Positions 10,495 through 21,071 are shown, counted from the stretch's first letter. The stretch is 64,000 nt of DNA from Spirochaetia bacterium (GCA_034520965.1 JAXHMY010000008.1:96001-160000), one strand, 5' to 3'. Notes: a model not told the origin generated them from the letters alone. Numbers and translations are program-made.

Positions 10495-12067
10495 AATTTT
10501 TGATACCACATTACGCGATGGTGAACAGTCGCCGGGGGCCTCAATGACCCTCGATCAAAAGGTGGAAATGGCCGAGGCCCTTGAGAGCCTCGGGGTGGAT
10601 GTCATTGAAGCCGGATTTCCGGTTTCCTCCAAGGTTCAGTTCGAGGCGGTACGCCGCGTTGCCGGAACCCTCAAAAAGGCAGCGGTGGTCGGCCTTTCGC
10701 GCTGTGTAAAAAAGGACATTGATATCACCTACGAAGCGGTGAAAGATGCGGTGCATCCGATGCTGCATCTCTTTATCGCCACCAGTCCGCTACACCGGGA
10801 ATTTAAACTAAAAAAGGACCGCAGTCAGGTACTCGAGTCGATTGCAACGCACCTCGATTATGCGCGTCAGTTTTTTAAGCGTATAGAATTTTCACCTGAA
10901 GATGCATCCCGCACCGAAACTGATTTTTTGTTAGAGGTGATTAAAACAGCGATCGCCCACGGGGCAACTACCATCAACATTCCCGATACCGTGGGCTTTT
11001 CCATGCCCGACGAGTTCGGACAGTTAATTGAGAAGCTGGTGAAGGAAGTTCCGGAATTCCAGAGCGGTGCTGTTGATCTTTCAGTGCACTGTCACAACGA
11101 TTTAGGCTTGGCAGCCGCCAACTCTCTTGCTGCGGTAAAGGCCGGTGCAAGCCAGGTTGAAGTAACCTTGAACGGGATCGGTGAACGGGCCGGAAATTGC
11201 GCCTTGGAAGAGCTAGTGATGGGGCTGGAGGTGCGCCGTGACCTCTACAATGTGGATACCCACATACAAAAGGAGTATCTGTATCCAACCGGAAAACTGC
11301 TGCAGAACCTGACCGGGCTTCTGTTCCAACGGAACAAACCTATTTTTGGGGACAACGTGTTTACCCATGAGTCGGGAATACATCAGCATGGGGTCCTCGC
11401 TCACCGGGAAACCTACGAAATTATGAATCCCAATACCATCGGCCGTCACAGTGAAAGCCTGGTAATGGGACGCCATTCGGGAAAGCACGCACTCCAGGAA
11501 AAACTGCGCCAGTACAATATCCGTCTATCCGAGGAGCAGTTCCAGAAGGTGTTTGAACGTTTTGCGGAGATAGCGGACAAGAAAAAAGAGGTCTACGATG
11601 AGGACCTGTTCTCGATTGTCTCCAATGTGCTCGGTGGAACAATCGACGGGTATCGGATGCCCTATTTTCATGTGTACACCGGTAATACCTTGATTCCTTC
11701 GGCGACGATTAAGCTGACCGAGAAAGACGAGGAGTATATCGCCTCCGCCACCGGTGACGGTCCGGTTGATGCGGTGTTCAATGCTATCGATAAGTGTTGT
11801 CACATCAAGACCAGACTTGAAGAGTACATTATTCAAGCAGTTGGTTCCGGTAAAGATGCGCAGGGACAAGTAAAATTGATGCTTGAAATTGAAGATGAGT
11901 TGTTTGCCGGGAAGGCTTCCTCGACGGATATTGTTGAAGCATCGGCTCTAACGTATTTGAATGCAGTGAACCGGTATGTTCTTAAGCGGCTTTCCAATGG
12001 GCATTCAGGGGGAGACGCGCAGGATTCTCAGATGGCTGAAACCACCGGTAAGGGCCGGGCAGAGTGA
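10478..12067 (+). CDS. leuA: 2-isopropylmalate synthase
   Basis: IFDTTLRDGEQSPG, HCHNDLG, GIGERAGN, HESGIHQHG, regulatory domain GDGPVDA; SD AAGGAG. Confidence 0.95.
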   Translation: MGRYLKIFDTTLRDGEQSPGASMTLDQKVEMAEALESLGVDVIEAGFPVSSKVQFEAVRRVAGTLKKAAVVGLSRCVKKDIDITYEAVKDAVHPMLHLFIATSPLHREFKLKKDRSQVLESIATHLDYARQFFKRIEFSPEDASRTETDFLLEVIKTAIAHGATTINIPDTVGFSMPDEFGQLIEKLVKEVPEFQSGAVDLSVHCHNDLGLAAANSLAAVKAGASQVEVTLNGIGERAGNCALEELVMGLEVRRDLYNVDTHIQKEYLYPTGKLLQNLTGLLFQRNKPIFGDNVFTHESGIHQHGVLAHRETYEIMNPNTIGRHSESLVMGRHSGKHALQEKLRQYNIRLSEEQFQKVFERFAEIADKKKEVYDEDLFSIVSNVLGGTIDGYRMPYFHVYTGNTLIPSATIKLTEKDEEYIASATGDGPVDAVFNAIDKCCHIKTRLEEYIIQAVGSGKDAQGQVKLMLEIEDELFAGKASSTDIVEASALTYLNAVNRYVLKRLSNGHSGGDAQDSQMAETTGKGRAE

Positions 12068-12075
12068 GGGAGAAT

Positions 12076-13368
12076 ATGAGCACAGAAGACCAGAAACAGA
12101 CTCTCACCGAAAAGATTTTCAGCGACAAAGCCGGACGAGTTGTGAAGGCCGGCGACTACCTGCTGCTGGATGTTGACGTTGCTTTAGGCAATGATATCAC
12201 GGCGCCGGTAGCAATCAAGGAATTCGAAAAATTCAAAGGCCGCCGGGTATATGATCCGGAGCGGGTCGTGTTTGTAGCCGACCATTTCACACCCAATAAG
12301 GACATCCAGTCGGCGATGCAGGTAAAGATGGTTCGCGATTTTGCCCGGGCCCACGGTATTAAAAACTTTTTTGATGTGGGGAAGATGGGCATCGAACATG
12401 TGCTTTTACCGGAACAGGGTTTGGTGAAGTCGGGGGATCTGGTAGTTGGTGCCGATAGCCACACCTGTACCTACGGCGCTCTGGGAGCATTTTCGACCGG
12501 GGTGGGGTCAACCGACCTGGCGGGGGTGTTTTTTACCGGGAAGGCGTGGTTCAAGGTACCCGAGGCAATCCGGGTAGAGCTAAAAGGGCAGTTTTCACCG
12601 GGAGTATCCGGAAAAGATCTTATTCTGCATCTTATCTCTCTGCTGGGGGTCGACGGGGCTAATTATCAGGCTCTGGAGTTCACCGGGCCGGGAGTTGCGG
12701 CAGTAAGTATGGACTCTCGGTTTACCGTCAGCAATATGGCAATCGAAGCTGGAGGAAAGGCGGGCCTGTTTCCGGTAGATGCCGTTACCCAAGCCTATGA
12801 GGATGCTCGGGGTATAAAGGTTACTCCACGCAGCGCCGATGAGGACGCCGTGTACAGCCGCAGCATAGAAATTGATTTAAGTACTCTAGAACCAACGGTC
12901 GCCCGCCCGTTTCTGCCGGATAATGGCGCGACTATCAGCAGCTTGACTGCAGAAAAGATAAAAATTGACCAGGTGGTCATAGGCAGCTGTACCAACGGCC
13001 GGATCGAAGACCTGCGGGCTGCTGCGGCGGTGTTGGGCGATGAGCCGATAGCCGAAGGCCTGCGCTGCATCATTCTGCCCGGATCGCAGGAGGTGTATCT
13101 GCAGGCCCTGCGGGAGGGATTAACTGAAAAATTCGTAAGTGCCGGCTGTGCATTTTCAACCCCCACCTGTGGTCCCTGTCTGGGCGGACATATGGGTATT
13201 TTGGCTGCGAAGGAGGTGGCGGTCTCTACCACCAACCGTAACTTTGTCGGCCGAATGGGTCATTCCAGCAGTGAAGTCTACCTTGCATCTCCCGTGGTTG
13301 CTGCAGCCACTGCTGTAAAGGGCTATCTGTGTGGCCCGGATGCTGCGGCCCTCGAGAGGCTGACATAG
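12076..13368 (+). CDS. leuC: 3-isopropylmalate dehydratase large subunit
   Basis: GADSHTCTYGA, IGSCTNGR, CGPCLGGH, STTNRNFVGRMG. Confidence 0.93.
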   Translation: MSTEDQKQTLTEKIFSDKAGRVVKAGDYLLLDVDVALGNDITAPVAIKEFEKFKGRRVYDPERVVFVADHFTPNKDIQSAMQVKMVRDFARAHGIKNFFDVGKMGIEHVLLPEQGLVKSGDLVVGADSHTCTYGALGAFSTGVGSTDLAGVFFTGKAWFKVPEAIRVELKGQFSPGVSGKDLILHLISLLGVDGANYQALEFTGPGVAAVSMDSRFTVSNMAIEAGGKAGLFPVDAVTQAYEDARGIKVTPRSADEDAVYSRSIEIDLSTLEPTVARPFLPDNGATISSLTAEKIKIDQVVIGSCTNGRIEDLRAAAAVLGDEPIAEGLRCIILPGSQEVYLQALREGLTEKFVSAGCAFSTPTCGPCLGGHMGILAAKEVAVSTTNRNFVGRMGHSSSEVYLASPVVAAATAVKGYLCGPDAAALERLT

Positions 13369-13455
13369 AGGCTGACATAAAGTCTGAATGAAGGATGCGC
13401 CGCATTTGAGTTGGAGAGAAGAGAAACGCAATAAACGAAAAGAGTGAGGATATAA

Positions 13456-13974
13456 ATGATACGAGAAGGTAAGGTCTTTAAGTTTGGAGACCACATAAAC
13501 ACCGATGAGATTATTCCGGCCCGTTATCTGGCCACCACCGACCCTGAAGAGCTGGCAAAGAACTGTATGGAGGATGCCAGGCCGGGTTTCGGGCGGCGGG
13601 AGGATGTGTCCGGCAGCATTATGGTGGCCGGCGAGAATTTTGGCTGCGGCTCATCCCGTGAGCATGCACCAATAGCGATAAAGGCTGCCGGAATTCAATG
13701 CGTAGTTGCAAAGAGTTTTGCCAGAATTTTTCTGCGAAACTGCATTAACATTGGGCTTCCGATTGTGGAACTGGATCAGACCGATACAATAGAAGAGGGA
13801 AATTACCTCAAAATAGATTTTAATGCTGGACAGGTATCAAATATTAGCCAGGGTACAGAGTATACTACCAATACTTACCCGGAGTTTCTGCAGCAGATTA
13901 TTCACAGCGGTGGTTGGCTGACCTATGCTACCACTAACCTGGCTCCTAAATGGGTTCTGGAAGGGGAGCGTTGA
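13456..13974 (+). CDS. leuD: 3-isopropylmalate dehydratase small subunit
   Basis: INTDEIIPARY, NFGCGSSREHAP, SFARIF.RNCINIGL. Confidence 0.93.
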   Translation: MIREGKVFKFGDHINTDEIIPARYLATTDPEELAKNCMEDARPGFGRREDVSGSIMVAGENFGCGSSREHAPIAIKAAGIQCVVAKSFARIFLRNCINIGLPIVELDQTDTIEEGNYLKIDFNAGQVSNISQGTEYTTNTYPEFLQQIIHSGGWLTYATTNLAPKWVLEGER

Positions 13975-13975
13975 A

Positions 13976-15043
13976 ATGAAATATAAGATAGCGGTTTTAC
14001 CTGGTGATGGAATCGGGCCTGAGGTGATGGAGGCTGCCCAAAGGGTACTTGCAGCGGTGAGCAAAAAGTTTAACCTCCAGTTTGAGTTCAGCTACGGACT
14101 TATCGGAGGGGCGGCTCTGGATGCGGAAGACACCCCCCTTCCGGAGGAAACCCTTAAACTGTGCCGCAGTGCCGACGCAGTCTTGCTGGGCAGTGTCGGG
14201 GGCCCCAAATGGGATACCCTCCCGCCGGAAAAGCGACCCGAACGGGGCGGTTTATTAGCCCTGCGGAAACAGCTGAATCTGTTTGCTAATTTACGGCCGG
14301 TGCGGGTGTATCCGTCCATTTCTCACCTCTCTCCTCTCAACAGCCGCCGTCTTGAAAACGGGGTGGATCTGTTGACGGTCCGGGAACTTTCCGGCGGTAT
14401 CTATTTTGGTGAGCCGAAAGAAAAGGGCGATACGAGTGGACTGGATACTATGTACTACGACAAGCAGACTATCAGTCGAGTAGCCAGGCTTGCCTTTGAG
14501 GCTGCCGGTCGCCGGCGGAATAAGCTTACTTCGGTTGATAAGGCAAACGTGTTGTACAGTTCGCTTTTATGGCGGGAGACTGTCGAGGAAATAGCTCCCG
14601 AGTATCCGGAGGTAGAACTGGATCATATGTATGTCGATAACGCGGCTATGCAGATGATCGTCAACCCGGGGCAGTTTGATGTAATTCTCACGGGAAACCT
14701 GTTTGGGGATATCCTGTCCGATGAGTCCGCCGCCCTGCCGGGTTCGCTGGGGGTCTTGCCCTCGGCCTCGCTGGGTGATTCGGTACATCTGTTTGAACCG
14801 GCCGGCGGATCGGCACCGGACCTTGCCGGACTGGACAAGGCTAATCCGGTGGCACAAATATTATCGGCGGCCATGATGTGTGAGTACGGATTGGATTTAC
14901 CCGATGCGGCTGCAGCTATCCGAGAAGCGGTTGAGCAGAGTTTTACTGAAGGAATCTGTACTGCCGATTTACTCTCCGGTTCCGAAAGCCCGGCGGCCGG
15001 TACCACCCAGGTTGCTCGGGCGATTGCAGGGTATATCAAATAG
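13976..15043 (+). CDS. leuB: 3-isopropylmalate dehydrogenase
   Basis: LPGDGIGPEV, VGGPKW, RELSGGIYFG, SVDKANV, NLFGDILSDE, EPAGGSAPD. Confidence 0.95.
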   Translation: MKYKIAVLPGDGIGPEVMEAAQRVLAAVSKKFNLQFEFSYGLIGGAALDAEDTPLPEETLKLCRSADAVLLGSVGGPKWDTLPPEKRPERGGLLALRKQLNLFANLRPVRVYPSISHLSPLNSRRLENGVDLLTVRELSGGIYFGEPKEKGDTSGLDTMYYDKQTISRVARLAFEAAGRRRNKLTSVDKANVLYSSLLWRETVEEIAPEYPEVELDHMYVDNAAMQMIVNPGQFDVILTGNLFGDILSDESAALPGSLGVLPSASLGDSVHLFEPAGGSAPDLAGLDKANPVAQILSAAMMCEYGLDLPDAAAAIREAVEQSFTEGICTADLLSGSESPAAGTTQVARAIAGYIK

Positions 15044-15193
15044 TTCGATCCATTTGACCGGTGCTTTGGTATCTATATGCTATTCTATAAATGTGCTTGC
15101 GAAAAATCAATTTTTACTATGTAATAGATCATTGATCGGGCCGAGTGGAGACTGTAACACAGCCCGGTCCAAATTATCAGTGAGAGGCGTTGT

Positions 15194-16054
15194 ATGAATA
15201 AGGTCCTTGAAAAGCTTCAGCTATCCGATCAAGTGTATAAGATGAAGCTTGAAGCTCCTCTAATTGCCCAGGAGCGAAAACCTGGTCAATTTGTAATAGT
15301 ACAAAAAGACACAAATTTTGGTGAACGAGTTCCCCTTACCATCGCGGATGCTGATCCGGAGGAAGGCTCCATAACAATCATTTTTCAGGCTGTCGGTAAA
15401 ACGACCATTGAGTTGTCGCAATTTGAGCCGGGTGATTCAATTGAGAATGTCCTGGGCCCATTGGGACAACCCACCCATATTGAAAAGCTGGGTACTGTGG
15501 TATGTGTCGGCGGAGGAATCGGGGTTGCCCCTATGCATCCGATTGCGAAAGCTATGAAGGCTGCCGGGAACAAGGTGGTCATAATTATCGGAGCCAGGAC
15601 TAAAGAATTGGTGATTATGGAAGAGGAGATGAAGGCGATCGCCGATGAGCTGATTGTTGTAACCGATGACGGCAGCTACGGGCGCAAGGCGCTGGTTACC
15701 GAACCTCTGAAGGAGATTTGCGAACAGGATCCCCCCGATCAGGTAGTGGCAATTGGTCCTCCGATTATGATGAAATTCGCCGCCGAGACAACTCGGCCCT
15801 TCGGAGTTCACACTGTGGTGTCCTTGAATACTATTATGGTTGACGGCACCGGTATGTGCGGCGGCTGCCGGGTTACAGTTGGCGGCAAGACCAAGTTTGT
15901 CTGCGTCGACGGCCCCGAGTTTAACGGCCACAAGGTCGATTTTGAAAATATGATGCTGCGCTTAGGTGCGTATAAAGAACAGGAAGAGGAGCATGCCCAT
16001 AAATGCCTGCTCGATGCACAGATTGAACAGATGCAAGGAAAGGAGTCCAAATGA
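15194..16054 (+). CDS. nfnA: NfnA/SudB-like FAD/NAD-binding [2Fe-2S] subunit
   Basis: PGQF, ERVPLTIAD, GGGIGVAP, MVDGTGMCGGCRV, CVDGPEF. Confidence 0.85.
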   Translation: MNKVLEKLQLSDQVYKMKLEAPLIAQERKPGQFVIVQKDTNFGERVPLTIADADPEEGSITIIFQAVGKTTIELSQFEPGDSIENVLGPLGQPTHIEKLGTVVCVGGGIGVAPMHPIAKAMKAAGNKVVIIIGARTKELVIMEEEMKAIADELIVVTDDGSYGRKALVTEPLKEICEQDPPDQVVAIGPPIMMKFAAETTRPFGVHTVVSLNTIMVDGTGMCGGCRVTVGGKTKFVCVDGPEFNGHKVDFENMMLRLGAYKEQEEEHAHKCLLDAQIEQMQGKESK

Positions 16055-17532
16055 AGCCTGCCGAAGAACTAAAGCGTGAAGCGGATGAACTGTTCTCTGA
16101 AATTGAAGGTATAGAACTGAAAAACAAGGATCGTCTTAAACTGCCCCCCCAGGACATGCCTAATCAGAATCCCCTGGAACGGATTCAGAATATGAATGAA
16201 GTAGCTACAGGCTATTTCGAGCCGCAGGTGCGGGTAGAGGCCGCCCGCTGTTTACAGTGCAAAAATGCTCCCTGTATCCAGGGCTGTCCGGTAGAGATAA
16301 ACATTCCGGCCTTCTTAAAAGCCGCCGAAGAGGGCGATTTTGATAAATCGGTTAAAATTATCAAAGAGAGCAGCCTTCTTCCGGCAATCTGCGGGCGTGT
16401 ATGCCCCCAGGAGACCCAGTGCCAGGCTACCTGTACCGTGGGCAAAGCAAAAAAGGATCCCCTCAAATCGGTTTCTATCGGACGAATAGAGCGCTATGTA
16501 GCCGATATAGAGCGGGAGAGCGGTAAGAAATCTATACCTGAGATAGCCCCCGAAACGGGGAAAAAGGTGGCGGTTATCGGATCCGGGCCGGCGGGCATAA
16601 CCGCTGCTGCGGACTTACGCAAAGCCGGACATCGGGTAACCATTTTTGAAGCCTTCCATCGGCCGGGCGGAGTTATGATTTACGGTATCCCCGAATTTAG
16701 GCTGCCGAAAGCGATTGTCCAGGAAGAGTTTGATACTTTAACTGCGATGGGGGTTGAGCTGCAGACCAATTTTCTGGTCGGACGGACCCGAAAACTCACC
16801 GACTTAATTGAAAAGGACGGATATAACGCCATTTTTATCGGCAGCGGAGCCGGCCTTCCAAAGTTTATGAATATTGAGGGCGAGAATCTGGTGGGAGTTT
16901 TCAGTGCCAACGAGTATTTGACCCGCTCCAACATGATGAAAGCCTACGATGAAGACCGTGCGGATACGCCAATTTACCACTCAAAGCGGGTTGCCGTGCT
17001 TGGTGGTGGAAATGTAGCCATGGACGCCGCTCGTACTGCCCTGCGGTTGGGTGCTGAAAAGGTGTACATTGTATATCGCCGGACCGAAAAAGAGATGCCC
17101 GCCCGTGTCGAAGAGGTTCACCACGCAAAGGAAGAGGGAATTGAGTTCCTCCTGCTCCACAACCCCAAACGGATTCTCGGCAATGAAAAGGGGCGTGTAG
17201 AGGGCCTGGAACTTTTAAGCTACGAGCTTGGTGAGCCGGATGACTCCGGCCGGCGTCGTCCCATCCCAATCGAGGGCAGTGAAAGCATTCTGGATGTAGA
17301 TACTGTGATTGTGTCTATCGGAAATGATTCAAACCCACTGCTTGAGCACACCACCGACAACCTTGAAACCAACAAATGGGGCAATATCGTGGTAAACGAG
17401 GACCTGGAAACCTCCATCGACCGGGTATATGCCGGAGGCGATATTGTGCTTGGTGCTGCAACGGTTATTCTGGCGATGGGGCAGGGGCGTACGGCCGCCG
17501 CCCAGATCAATGAGCGGCTGGCAAAGGAATAG
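16051..17532 (+). CDS. nfnB: NfnB/SudA-like (GltD-homologous) flavo-Fe-S subunit of electron-bifurcating transhydrogenase
   Basis: RCLQC...C..GCP, CGRVCPQE.QC, GSGPAG, YGIPEFRLPK, GGGNVAMD; ATGA overlap with nfnA; no GltB large subunit nearby. Confidence 0.85.
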   Translation: MKPAEELKREADELFSEIEGIELKNKDRLKLPPQDMPNQNPLERIQNMNEVATGYFEPQVRVEAARCLQCKNAPCIQGCPVEINIPAFLKAAEEGDFDKSVKIIKESSLLPAICGRVCPQETQCQATCTVGKAKKDPLKSVSIGRIERYVADIERESGKKSIPEIAPETGKKVAVIGSGPAGITAAADLRKAGHRVTIFEAFHRPGGVMIYGIPEFRLPKAIVQEEFDTLTAMGVELQTNFLVGRTRKLTDLIEKDGYNAIFIGSGAGLPKFMNIEGENLVGVFSANEYLTRSNMMKAYDEDRADTPIYHSKRVAVLGGGNVAMDAARTALRLGAEKVYIVYRRTEKEMPARVEEVHHAKEEGIEFLLLHNPKRILGNEKGRVEGLELLSYELGEPDDSGRRRPIPIEGSESILDVDTVIVSIGNDSNPLLEHTTDNLETNKWGNIVVNEDLETSIDRVYAGGDIVLGAATVILAMGQGRTAAAQINERLAKE

Positions 17533-17572
17533 TAACTAGGCCGCTTCCTCCGAAGTGCTTCTCCCGAGGAGC

Positions 17573-18223
17573 TTACTCGGAAGATGTACAGCGAATATGC
17601 TCTCCCCCAATAATCAACTGGGGGAGGGTTTGGTCATGTTCATCAAAGGGCACCGTTTCCAGTAGCTGGACCGAAAAACCGATACCTACGGGGGTCATCT
17701 CTTTCGCATCTATGTGCGAGATATGCCGGCTAATCCACTTATCGTAGAACCCTTTCCCACGGCCTAAACGATTGCCCCGGCGGTCAAAGGCCAGTCCGGG
17801 GGTGGCAATAAGACAGTGAACCCCCTGCTGAGGGGGAAACACCGGGGCTGTACTGCGGGGCTCCCAAAGCCCGTAGGGGTTGTACTCAAGGTCAAGCTTT
17901 GGCTCAAGTATCTCAGAGTCCGACTGAGCTTCCCATATCAGATGGAACTCCATCTCATTGCCGTGAAGCCGCGGGGCCCATATCCGTTTACCCTGCAAGA
18001 CAGCTGCCTTGATCAGCCCTTGAGTATCGATTTCACCCTTCATGGACAGAAACAGCAGCACATCATGGCTCGAATCCCACTCCGGCAAGCCGAGAAACTT
18101 CTCCGTCATGGAAGTAGCCTCCTGTTTCTGCAGTTGTACCGGAAACTCTTTTATACGGCTGCGTACTTGTGAGCGCAGCCGAGCTTTTTCTGATTTTTTG
18201 TTCTTATTATTTTTGTCCGGCAT
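17573..18223 (-). CDS. 5-formyltetrahydrofolate cyclo-ligase
   Basis: KARLR, EIDT, GLWEP, PGLAFDRRGNRLGRGKGFYD, HDQ. Confidence 0.9.
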   Translation of the reverse strand: MPDKNNKNKKSEKARLRSQVRSRIKEFPVQLQKQEATSMTEKFLGLPEWDSSHDVLLFLSMKGEIDTQGLIKAAVLQGKRIWAPRLHGNEMEFHLIWEAQSDSEILEPKLDLEYNPYGLWEPRSTAPVFPPQQGVHCLIATPGLAFDRRGNRLGRGKGFYDKWISRHISHIDAKEMTPVGIGFSVQLLETVPFDEHDQTLPQLIIGGEHIRCTSSE

Positions 18224-18233
18224 TGCAGCACCT

Positions 18234-19481
18234 CTATTCCCCTTTCTTTTTGTGTGAACCCGCAAGTTTCAGGGCTACTGCTGTTTCCAGGTGATAAGTG
18301 TGGGGAAACATATCCATTGGCTGTAGTTCTGTAATTTCATAGCCGGCGTGTATAAAAGAGACCAAGTCCCGGGCAAGAATCCCTGGATTACAGGATACGT
18401 AAAGGATTAGGGGAATACCCAATGCAGCCATCGATTCCGCCTTTCCATCCAGTCCCTGTCGCGGAGGGTCGAATATCGCCACTTGGGTCTGCGAAGCCAG
18501 TTCGGTGATAGTCCGGATGATTTCTTGGAAAGGGGCCTTGCGGAAGGAATAGCTGCTTGCAGTGCCAGTCTCAGCCTCTACCCCAGCTCCGGGTTTGGCC
18601 TGGTTCTCTGGCCCGGAGGCGTCAATTTGCTCAGCAGCCCGGCGGGCCTTTTTTATGGCAGGCCGGGAAATATCATAGCCAATTACTTGTACTCCCAAGT
18701 TTGCCAAAGGAAGGGAAAGGTTCCCATCTCCGCAAAACAGGTCCAAAACAGTTTGCCCGGTCCGGCCGGTCCGGTCTGCTTGGACATGCGGCCGGACGTG
18801 GCGGAGGATAAACTCCTGCAGATGCGTATTTACCTCACGATTGGCCTGCAGAAAGCTTTGAGTGGAATGCCGGCCCTTATATATGAAATGGAAGGACGCC
18901 GATTGTCCATCCTCCGATATAATTTCAACCTCCACCGGAAGCTGTGCTGATTCTTTTTCCTGTAATCCCGCAAGTTTCTCTTTTATCCGTGGAATTACCG
19001 CATTCAAGGCCGGCTCCATTACCAGGCACTGGTCAATTGGAACTACCGTGTTGCTGTGTTCTCTGAAAAACCCCAGCTCACCGGAGGCATTTACCTTAAG
19101 CTGGGCGGTGCGGCGATAGTTGTAGGTTTTTGGTGAGGCGATGGCCGCGGGTACAGGGTAGTCGATTTTAGCGGACTTGTGCAGTACGTGCTGCAGGTGC
19201 GCCCGCTTGGACCCCAGTTGTTGCGAGTAGTCGATATGCTGCCACTGGCATCCGCCGCACTCGCCAAAGTAAGGGCAGGGGGCCTCGACTCTTTTGGGAG
19301 AGGGGGTGTCGAAGGCGACCACCCTTCCACGCAGAAACTTTTTCTTGTGCTGGGTGATCTCTACCTGCACTATATCCCCCGGCGCGGTGAAAGGTACAAA
19401 GCACACCATGTTTTCGATCCGTCCCACGCCTTCGCCGCCAAAGGCCAGATCATTAATTTCAATTCGATATAATTCATTCAT
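18234..19481 (-). CDS. TRAM-domain 23S rRNA m5U methyltransferase (RlmD/TrmA family)
   Basis: GEGVG, CPYFGECGGCQWQH, FLQAN, LDLFCGDG, DPPRQG, YVSCNP, DMFPHTYHLE. Confidence 0.9.
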   Translation of the reverse strand: MNELYRIEINDLAFGGEGVGRIENMVCFVPFTAPGDIVQVEITQHKKKFLRGRVVAFDTPSPKRVEAPCPYFGECGGCQWQHIDYSQQLGSKRAHLQHVLHKSAKIDYPVPAAIASPKTYNYRRTAQLKVNASGELGFFREHSNTVVPIDQCLVMEPALNAVIPRIKEKLAGLQEKESAQLPVEVEIISEDGQSASFHFIYKGRHSTQSFLQANREVNTHLQEFILRHVRPHVQADRTGRTGQTVLDLFCGDGNLSLPLANLGVQVIGYDISRPAIKKARRAAEQIDASGPENQAKPGAGVEAETGTASSYSFRKAPFQEIIRTITELASQTQVAIFDPPRQGLDGKAESMAALGIPLILYVSCNPGILARDLVSFIHAGYEITELQPMDMFPHTYHLETAVALKLAGSHKKKGE

Positions 19482-19576
19482 TACCGTCAATAGTGGTTTA
19501 AGCTTGGAAAAAAATCAACACTGCTGTACAATATCTCAAATACTCCGAGCATTATAATATCAATTGGCGGGTCTGG

Positions 19577-21034
19577 ATGCTAAGCTTTTTTAATATTGGC
19601 TCAATTTTACTCTTTATCTACTTTGCCTTCGTAATAGTGCTTACTATTCAAATTGTGCTGGATAACAAGCCCCCTGAGGTTGCAGTGGCCTGGTTACTTG
19701 CCATTTACTTTCTCCCGTATTTTGGGGCGGGGCTGTTTCTTTTAAGCGGGGTGAATTGGAAAAAAAGAAAAATCATGAAACAGCTCCCGGAACGCAGCTT
19801 TAAAACCTACCTTGGTCCTATCCTGGAGCAGCAGAAAACATTTTTGCAGGAAGCCCATACCAATAACGAGCTTGACAATGATATGGTCAAAGCCATTAGT
19901 TTAGCCCTGCAGGCCGGCAACAGCATTGTTACTCTTAATAATAGGGTTGATCTGTATTATGAGGGAGGGAAGTTTTTTGATGACTTAATAGTCGATCTGG
20001 AAAACGCCCAAGAAACCATTAATCTGGAGTTTTTCGTTTTTCGGTCGGATGAACTTGGGCGTCGCATAACGACTATTCTGGAGCGTAAGGCCCGTGAAGG
20101 GGTAAAGGTCAGGCTGCTTTTTGACGGGGTCGGCTGTTTTAACAAGCAGAGCTGGAAATTTAAACGTGAATTGAAGAATTCCGGGATCGACGCTCACTAT
20201 TTTTTGGACCCCCTGAATATCCTCTCCAGTCGTTTGTTAAACTATCGTAACCACCGTAAAATTGTGGTAATCGACGGACAAATCGGATATACCGGCGGCA
20301 TGAATATTGGGCTTGAGTATATTGACGGGGGGCCGCAGTTCCATCGCTGGCGTGATACCCATGTTCGTATGGTTGGAGAGAGTGTGCAGCTGCTGCAGGG
20401 TGTGTTTTTGTCCGACTGGTACAATAGTGGAGGAGATGTAGTTCAGGATGCTCGATTTTTCCCGCTTCCGGCTGCTCGGGGTGACTATTTGCCGACCCAA
20501 ATTGTGGTCAGTGGTCCCGATTCCGATTGGAATTCTATCAAGAAGTTGTTTCAGCTTCTTATAAGCAATGCAAATTCCCGAATTTGCATACAAAGCCCCT
20601 ATTTTATTCCGGATCAGTCACTGATGAACGCCCTCGAAACGGCCGCTCTCAGCGGGGTAGAGGTAAATTTGATGATGACCGGCTTGCCGGATAAACGAGT
20701 TCCCTTCTGGGTTGCCCATACGTATTTTGAAGATCTGTTAAAGGCGGGGGTACACATTTATTTATATGAAGGGGGTTTTTTGCATGCCAAGGTTTTGATT
20801 GTTGATGAAATGATGTCGACTGTCGGCAGCTGTAATATGGATATTCGTAGTTTTCATCTGGATTACGAGGTAAATGCATTTTTTTATAATGCAGAAATTA
20901 CCGCCGATCTTATTGCACAATTCAACGCTGATGTTGCAGAATGTAAAAAGATCACCTTTGAAGACATCCGGGAGTTTTCAATTCTCCGTCGTCTGAGAAA
21001 CTCGATTTTTAGAATGATTGCTCCCGTGCTGTAA
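19577..21034 (+). CDS. cls: cardiolipin synthase
   Basis: Two HKD motifs (RNHRKIVVIDG, LHAKVLIVD), two N-terminal TM helices, SPYFIPD. Confidence 0.93.
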   Translation: MLSFFNIGSILLFIYFAFVIVLTIQIVLDNKPPEVAVAWLLAIYFLPYFGAGLFLLSGVNWKKRKIMKQLPERSFKTYLGPILEQQKTFLQEAHTNNELDNDMVKAISLALQAGNSIVTLNNRVDLYYEGGKFFDDLIVDLENAQETINLEFFVFRSDELGRRITTILERKAREGVKVRLLFDGVGCFNKQSWKFKRELKNSGIDAHYFLDPLNILSSRLLNYRNHRKIVVIDGQIGYTGGMNIGLEYIDGGPQFHRWRDTHVRMVGESVQLLQGVFLSDWYNSGGDVVQDARFFPLPAARGDYLPTQIVVSGPDSDWNSIKKLFQLLISNANSRICIQSPYFIPDQSLMNALETAALSGVEVNLMMTGLPDKRVPFWVAHTYFEDLLKAGVHIYLYEGGFLHAKVLIVDEMMSTVGSCNMDIRSFHLDYEVNAFFYNAEITADLIAQFNADVAECKKITFEDIREFSILRRLRNSIFRMIAPVL

Positions 21035-21071
21035 CCGGCCTAAAAGGGAGCACTAATAAGAGGTAGTGTAA

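Noticed and set aside
13354..13390. 12-bp tandem duplication AGAGGCTGACAT at the leuC stop
   Set aside because: Short local slippage duplication with no sign of function
15044..15193. Rex operator upstream of nfnAB
   Set aside because: No convincing TTGTGAA-N4-TTCACAA palindrome
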